Shown one piece after another: positions 56,580 to 64,000 of a stretch of 64,000 bases of DNA. The stretch lies in assembly GCA_951406725.2 (NCBI GenBank), contig OX597839.1, positions 6,448,001 through 6,512,000 on the forward strand, in the 5' to 3' direction. A model generated the notes under the pieces. It was not told where the DNA came from and did no database searches. It saw nothing but the letters and a program-made list of their open reading frames with translations. Positions within the stretch are counted from its first letter, which is position 1; every line of letters starts with the position of its first letter. Source of the stretch: Octopus vulgaris (taxonomy: Eukaryota). A program made the position numbers and the translations under genes.

Positions 56580-57547
56580 TTCTTCTTCTTCTTCTTCTTC
56601 GTCTTCTTCTTCTTCTTCTTCTTCTTCTTCTTCTTCTTCTTCTTCTTCTTCTTCTTCTTCTTCTTCTTCTTCTTCTTCTTCTTCTTCTTCTTCTTCTTCT
56701 TCTTCTTCTTCTTCTTCTTGTCCTCCTCCTTCTTCGTCTTCTTCTTCTTCTTCTTCTTCTTCTTCTTGTCCTCCTTTTTCTTCTTCTTCTTCTTGTCCTC
56801 CATCTTCGTCTTCTTCTTCTTCTTTTTGTCCTCCTTTTTCTTCTTCTTCTTCTTCTTGTCCTCCTTCTTCGTCTTCTTCTTCTTCTTCTTCTTCTTGTCC
56901 TCCTTCTTCGTCTTCTTCTTCTTCTCCTCCTCCTTCTTCGTCTTCTTCTTCTTCCCCTCCTCATTTTCTTATTATTTTTTCCTCCTCCACCTCCCCATCA
57001 TAATAATCATCATCCTCATCATCACCATCCTTCCGCCTGCTCTTATCCCCTTTTCCTCCTTCCTCTCCTCCTCTACCCCTTCCTCCTTTCACCTCTTCCT
57101 CCTCGCCGTCGTCCACCTCTTCGTCGTCGTCCTCCTCATCGTCTTCCTCCACCTCCTCCTCCACCCCCCGTTTCTCCTTATTCTTGTTCCTGCTATTTCT
57201 TGTTGTTGTTCTTGATGCTGTAGTACTTACTCTTGCCCCATTTTATTCTCCGTACATTTGTTACTATGGTAATTATTGTTGTCATTCTTCATTATTGTTG
57301 CTTCTGTTGTTCATTTTGTTATTGTTATTCTTCTGGTTATTCTTCCTTCTTCGTCCTATCTATTTATTATTATTATTATTATTATTATTGCTATTATTAT
57401 TATTATTGTTGTTGTTGTTATTATTATTATTATTATTACTATTATTATTACTATTATTATTACTATTATTATTATTATTATTATTATTATTTTATTACTA
57501 TTATTATTGTTATTTTTATTATTATTATTATTTTGTCACTATTATTA

Positions 57548-57590
<43 letters not shown>

Positions 57591-57810
57591 TACTACTACT
57601 ACTACTACTATTATTATTATTACTATTATTATTATTATTATTATTACTATTGTTATTATTATTATTATTACTACAATTTTTATTATTAATATTATTATTA
57701 TTATTATTGTTATTATTACTACTACTACTATTATTATTGTTATTATTACTACTACTATTATTATTATTATTGTTATTATTACTACTACTACTATTATTAT
57801 TATTATTACT
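56580..57810. repeat. (CTT)n polypyrimidine tract followed by a (TTA/CTA)n tract
   Basis: Direct reading. Confidence 0.95.
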
Positions 57811-58371
57811 CATCTGTCGTGTGGTAAAAAGAGATTATTCTTTGAAACCCTTAGTTTCATTCACCTTTGCAAATCCCCTGTACCACCACCACCACCACAA
57901 CCACCACCCAACCCTGCCATCTCACACCGTACCCGACACCCGGCTATTGTCATCTCCTGCCCGCCCTTCCATTGTTATCGCTAACCAGAAAAAGACGAAA
58001 GGAGGTGGAATGGAGCGGAGTGGAATGGATGGGCGCGGAGGAGGGGAGGGAGGGCGGGAGGTCGAGGTCAACGAAAAAAAAGCAGTATAGAAAACAAACC
58101 AATCACAACAACAAAAAGAGCGATGGCGACTACGACGATGATGATGATGTTTACAACAACAACAACAAGCGCTTGATTAAGCTCATAAGCTCCTATTTAT
58201 CTGGGAGACTATTTGAATGTATCTATACGTCTGTGTATATGTACCTGTGACCGGCTTTTATATTTGTGTACGTTCGAATGTGCTGGTATGTGTATATAAA
58301 TACACACAAAGACAGAGACACTCAGACACATATACACGTTTATACGTATGTATATATATATATATATGTAA

Positions 58372-58572
58372 AAGTTAAAAAAATATACAAACTGGGACAA
58401 GAACGTGAAACATTAAGAAGACGATACAAAAAACACGGACGGGACATTCGAAGCCTTCAATCTTCAGTCAAGAACCGGATCATCTTCGCAAAATTCGGCT
58501 GATATATATACAGAGAAAGAGAGAGAGAGAGAGATGTATATATATGTGTATGAATGTGTATATATATATATG

Positions 58573-58629
<57 letters not shown>

Positions 58630-58835
58630 AATGTTTTTATATATAATGAACGTGAAATACAGGAAGGGACGAACACGGAACACAGACAAATCATTCGAAG
58701 CCTTATGTAAAAAAATACAAACTGGGACAAGAACGCAAAACGTTTAGAAGACGATACAAAAAACACGGACAGGATATTCGAAGCCTTCAATCTTCAGTCA
58801 AGAACCGGATCATCCTCGCAATTTCGGCTGATTAA
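58372..58835 (-). mobile_element. Two copies of Penelope-like family F separated by (TA)n
   Basis: Match to 22345-22605. Confidence 0.6.
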
Positions 58836-58853
58836 CCTATATATATATATATC

Positions 58854-58919
<66 letters not shown>

Positions 58920-59004
58920 TGTGTATATAATAACACATACTACTCTACCTCCGGAATTCAACTACTCTTTTTTCCACATTGTTTCACATTTGTGCTTTCT
59001 GTGG

Positions 59005-59350
59005 TTGGATTATGTATATTTCCTAACAAACAGGACCCAGCATGTTGTGGTTGATAACATCGACTCAAGACCAGCAAAAACCATCAGCGATGTCCCGCAG
59101 GGTACTGTGCTACGTCCATTTCTTTTTATCCTCTATATCAATGATATTGCAGATCCCAATGAACATAGCACCATAAAAATATTTGCAGATGACTCTAAGC
59201 TCCAGAACGTCATTAAGGGACCATATGATCGAACGAGTCTTCAATTGGACCTATACGCAGAAACCCAGTGGGCACAAAAATACAATATGCAGTTGAAGGA
59301 AAAATTTGAGCTCAACCATTTTGGAAAAGAGGGCACACTCAAACAACCCT
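59005..59350 (+). pseudogene. CR1/L2-group LINE reverse-transcriptase fragment
   Basis: FLTNRTQHVVVD..VPQGTVLRPFLFILYINDI..IKIFADDSKL..LQLDL..W..NM (RT motifs PQG and FADD). Confidence 0.85.
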
Positions 59351-59469
59351 CTCTCGAAATTGTTGGCCTTGGGCCAAAATTTAAAATCACTATTACTTGA
59401 TAGGGTGCGTAGTTTATAGATCAAGCCACTACTTCAGAGAATTGAGTGGACACACTGTACGGGTAGTAC

Positions 59470-59725
59470 ATGCGTTTGGTTCGAATGTTGCAGGTAAGAA
59501 TCGAAAGACGGATTCCTAAAGCCGAGCCAACACACAGAAGATCTTGCGGTCGACTAAGAACGAGATGGTTGGATAACATCCATAGCCTCATTTGGTTACT
59601 GTTAAGAATCCATCCGGAAATTTTTAAAAGGGTACCTTCTGAAAGGACCCTATAGAAGAGTTGTCTGAGGCCTCTAACACCCACGACGAAGAGTGGGTGA
59701 AGAAGGTGAATAGATGCATAGATGG
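59470..59725 (+). mobile_element. Decayed RTE LINE 3' end
   Basis: RRSCGRLRTRWLDNI motif followed by an RTE-like tail. Confidence 0.55.
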
Positions 59726-60026
59726 ATTCGCTGGTTTCCCTGTACATACAAAATTGACAGGAGGGCCCAAGCTGGAATGTCTTTGATCATAGAATAGCTA
59801 TGTTGGGATTAAGCCGTGGTTCAATAACAATAACAACATCAATAACATTACCACTACGATCACTATTAGTTTCACCCCCCCCCCAACCCTGCCACTAACA
59901 TCGTCTACACCATCACGTGTGTATATGGGCGTTTGTGTATCGTAGTGTTTAAGCGTGTATATAAATGAGTGTTTGTATTGCTTGCACACGTTTATATTCA
60001 TACAGACGATGTTGGTGAAGATGCTG

Positions 60027-60057
<31 letters not shown>

Positions 60058-60109
60058 TGATGATAGTGGTAGTGGTGGTGGTGGTGGTGAGGAGGAGGTG
60101 CGGACGTGA

Positions 60110-60221
60110 GTGACAATGACGACGACGATGACGATGATGATGATGTTGGTGGTGGTGGTGGTAATGATGATGATGATGATGATGATGATGACGATGATGA
60201 TGGTGGTAGTGGTGGTGGTGG

Positions 60222-60255
<34 letters not shown>

Positions 60256-60299
60256 GATGATGATGATGATGACGATGAAGATGGTGGTAGTGGTGGTGG

Positions 60300-60330
<31 letters not shown>

Positions 60331-60407
60331 GGTGGTGGTGGTGATGATGATGATGATGGTGGTGATGATGATGATGATGACGATGATGATGGTGGTAGTG
60401 GTGGTGG

Positions 60408-60441
<34 letters not shown>

Positions 60442-60451
60442 GGTGATGATG

Positions 60452-60483
<32 letters not shown>

Positions 60484-60515
60484 GATGACGATGATGATGG
60501 TGGTAGTGGTGGTGG

Positions 60516-60559
<44 letters not shown>

Positions 60560-60575
60560 ATGATGATGATGATGT
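60110..60575. repeat. Alternating (GAT)n/(GGT)n higher-order triplet repeat
   Basis: Direct reading. Confidence 0.95.
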
Positions 60576-60952
60576 TTGTTGCTGTCATGTTGCTTGTAAT
60601 AAATGAATTTTCCAGACCTGACCTCTGGGAGGTCAAATAAATAAAATCCAATGAAGGCAAAGACTTAAATCGGATCTTTTTTTAACGTCACGTTTGTTTG
60701 TGTGTCTGTGTGTGTGTGTGTGAGTGTTTGCGTGCACGTGCGTATGTGTGTGTGTGGTCTCGTGCAATGTGTTTATCCACGTGTACGTCTATGTTCATTC
60801 ACTTGCGTGTGTGGCTACACATACACACACACACACACAAACATACATACATACACGCACGCCGCACACATACACACATATATATAGCTATGTATGTATT
60901 TATACACGTATACATACATATACACAGACGTTCAAACGTACACACACACAAA

Positions 60953-61000
<48 letters not shown>

Positions 61001-61572
61001 AATCCTTAAATCCTTAAAAATGATTTAGCCCGAAGGCCGCGGCCATGCTGGGGCACCACCGCTGAATGAGCTACACTAATTTGTGAATCCACCTCTGATA
61101 CGTGGCACTTGGTCAACAAGGGAGCCCGATGCCGCTGCCCGCATCTGTGTCTCCTGTCGTGAGGTAGGTTCATCTGGGACTCCCGACACGAAGAGATCCA
61201 GTCCAGTTCAAAAGAAACCCACATCCACACCATGCAAGTCTCTCAGGCATTTAGGGAGGATGCTAAAGAGCCGTGGTCCTCCGAAACCCAAGCTGTTGCA
61301 GTATCTGGACCTGTATTTTGATGGTGATGTTGGAATCCTTGGCACCATGCAGTGGCGCCCCGTTCTGCGGTTGGGGCAACTTTGAATGCCAAAGTTTGGG
61401 ACAAGACCCTCCAGGACCCTCCAGACGCATATCACCGCACATCTCTCCCGCCTCCGCTCCAGGGAGAAGAGGTTTAATACCTTCAGTCTTTCCCAGTAGC
61501 TGATATTTTGCATTGAGACGATTTTCTTTGTGTAGCTTCTCTGAATTGCTTCGAGTTCTGCTGTTAGTTTTA
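61001..61572 (-). mobile_element. CR1-group LINE 3' end (ORF2 C-terminus + 3'UTR)
   Basis: LEAIQRSYTKKI..SYWERLKVLNLFSLERRRER..GPRLFSILPKCLR with a frameshift. The 3'UTR ends GGTGCCCCAGCATGGCCGCGGCCTTCGGGCT..(TTTAAGGA)2. Confidence 0.88.
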
Positions 61573-61898
61573 TATTGTGTGTGACCACATATATATGCAT
61601 CTACCAATATATGTATGTATACTCACACACACGCACATACACATTGTGTTTGCGAGAAAATGTGTATGTGTGTGCATGCGTGTGCGCATTCGAGCCTCAG
61701 CGTAGAATCATCAAAGTTTTCACATGATAAGCTCCCTTCCATTTTAGTAAACATACAACAACCGGAAGTCATTTTCTCATTAATGCTAAAATTCAAAATG
61801 GCTTATTTTCACAGTCTTTGGGATTTCATTCAACAATAAACATGGACTATTATTTTCGATTATCTTATTTTCTATTTTATATCACATTTAATATCCTC

Positions 61899-62311
61899 GA
61901 TCTTTTAGGTTTGACCGGCAGTTTTTTAAAAATAATTTCCACGTAACTAAACACTTTTAAACTTCGTATACTGGTAGAATGTGTTTATAAAACATCTTTT
62001 TCTCTTGGCTTTATTGAGAAAAATCTATAGTTTGTCAGATATTTGTTTTTTTTTTCTTCAAATTCTGCAATTTCAACCAATCAGTGACGTCTATTGAGGT
62101 AAAAAAAAAACATTCTGTGTCGTATGAATATGTCCCTCGTTTAAAAAACAGAATGGGTTTATTTACATTTCTGAAGAAAAAAGATACCCTTCCCCCCACC
62201 CCTAACCCTAACCCTAAAACATATTGAACTGCAATAGATCGATACTAGGGTCATAATTATGGGTGACAATTTCATATGACACCGCTAGAAAAAACTGCCG
62301 TTCAAACCGAA
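61899..62311. mobile_element. Second near-complete copy of the CCCTAA-bearing MITE
   Basis: Aligns with 15596-16018; the right TIR lacks its last bases. Confidence 0.85.
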
Positions 62312-62739
62312 TACACACGTTTCTGCGTATTCAGTGTGTGTGCGCGTATGAGTGCAGAGAAAGATCTGTATTGGCTATTAAACAAATTTTAATTCTAAAT
62401 CCAGATGTAATCGCATCGTGTACATCTTGCTCCTTCTAATCTTGATTTATTTACATAAGTACTTTTCAATCCAACTTACTTCCTTCTAATTTCCATTTAT
62501 ATTGTACTTTTTATTCTGAGAATGGCTCGCTGTACAGAGATAAAGGTCACGCACGTGATGTTTTTGTAAAAACATAATAAGGGTACGGCAGTAACAAATA
62601 TGGGTACAGTAAAGAAATAAGGGCATTTTTTTTTCTTTAATGCTTGGTAGTTATTCTATTAGTCTCTCTTGCCGAATCGCTGATTACAAGGCTGCAAACA
62701 AACCAACCTCAAGCTATGGTGGGGACAAATCAAACACGA

Positions 62740-62821
<82 letters not shown>

Positions 62822-62826
62822 CTATA

Positions 62827-62909
<83 letters not shown>

Positions 62910-62955
62910 ATATATATTATTGCTGTATATCAATCTATATCTATATATATTATTG

Positions 62956-62999
<44 letters not shown>

Positions 63000-63699
63000 G
63001 CACTCGAAGATATATATATATATACGTATATGTATATGAATGTGTGTGTGTGTGTGTGCGCGCGCGCATACATACATCCATATTTCAGACATCTGTATCA
63101 GAAAGTCGAAAGAATACCCGACGATGTCAATCTACAAAGTCTAATCCGCAGAATAAACGTTGTTAGAAATTAAAATATTTGATAAGTATATATGAAGTCC
63201 AATATATTTTAGGCTGCGGGTAAAGAGTGAACGAGAATCCGACAGAAATAGTATAATATGCCTACTTAACACAATACTACAATGGATCAGGTGTTACCGG
63301 CCGATACGGAAATGAAACAATCTCAGTGTTATTCCGTTATTTTTGCCGCGAAGTGTAAAATAACTATTTTCTTAATCGGCCATTGTTTATACTACAGATA
63401 TGCTATACAAACACCAACCGTAAAAGAGTGTGAATCATCACACGCCCTCGGTCTGTTGGTCAATGACCACACTGGTCAGTGTTGACTTGTGTGTTCATTG
63501 TAATCAATGCATGCGTTTGTGTGCAGGTGTGTTTGTGTTCAAACCCACCTGAGGTAGCTTAATGATTTTATTTTATATTATTTTATTTTATTTTATTTTA
63601 TTTTATCCTATCTATTTGTCGTCCTTCTACTCGTCAGTTTCCGTATTTCTCTTTGTATCTATATGTATGTATGTATGTATGTATATATATGTATATATG

Positions 63700-63910
63700 T
63701 ATTTGTGTATCTGTGTTTGCCCCCTTCCCACAATCGCTTGACAACCGATGTTGGTGTGTTTACGTCCCCGTAATTTAGCGGTTCAGCAAAAGGGTCCGAT
63801 AGAATAAGTACTAGACTTATAAAACAATAAGTCTTGGGATCGATATATCCGGCTAAAGGCGGTGCTTCAGCATGGCCGCAGACAGATGACTGAAGCAAAT
63901 AAAAGACTAT
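63700..63910 (+). mobile_element. SINE family B tail half
   Basis: Match to family B. Confidence 0.75.
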
Positions 63911-64000
63911 ATGCGCAGTTGCTTTTGTGCTTGGTTCCCCCTATCATCACGGTTTGTCAACCGGTGTTTGTTTGTTTGTTTACGTCCTTGGTACGGCAAA

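Noticed and set aside
59998-60660. Asp/Gly-rich ORF resembling acidic biomineralisation proteins
   Set aside because: Pure GAT/GGT triplet repeat, open in several frames, with no signal peptide, almost no synonymous variation and no splice context.

Overview
AT-rich, repeat-saturated, apparently intergenic or intronic animal DNA. The repeat repertoire points to an octopus (coleoid cephalopod) genome; this is inferred from remembered repeat consensus sequences, not from a database search. I found no credible host protein-coding exon, and almost all supplied ORFs are microsatellite read-through. The window contains long (TA)n, (ATAC)n, (GATA)n, (TAA)n, (CTT)n and (GAT/GGT)n tracts. It also holds three abundant tRNA-derived SINE families (my labels A, B, C), 5'-truncated LINE remnants (RTE/BovB-like, CR1-group, probable Tx1/L1 3'UTR), two GG-terminated MITE families with 8-bp target duplications (one carrying CCCTAA telomeric repeats), and many short Penelope-like (PLE) fragments in (TA)n with fold-back inverted repeats. 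Most notable: (1) at least 9 minimal hammerhead-ribozyme-like motifs with covarying stems and non-canonical cores, including a G3:C8 swap; (2) ORF-less elements built from highly structured RTE-like 5'UTR RNA; (3) SINE C arrays that rejoin at the same internal nucleotide at independent loci; (4) one SINE head with four different tails; (5) a CR1-group LINE 3' end matching the SINE B tail; (6) five TAGGTCA (RORE-like) sites with exact 14-bp phasing.
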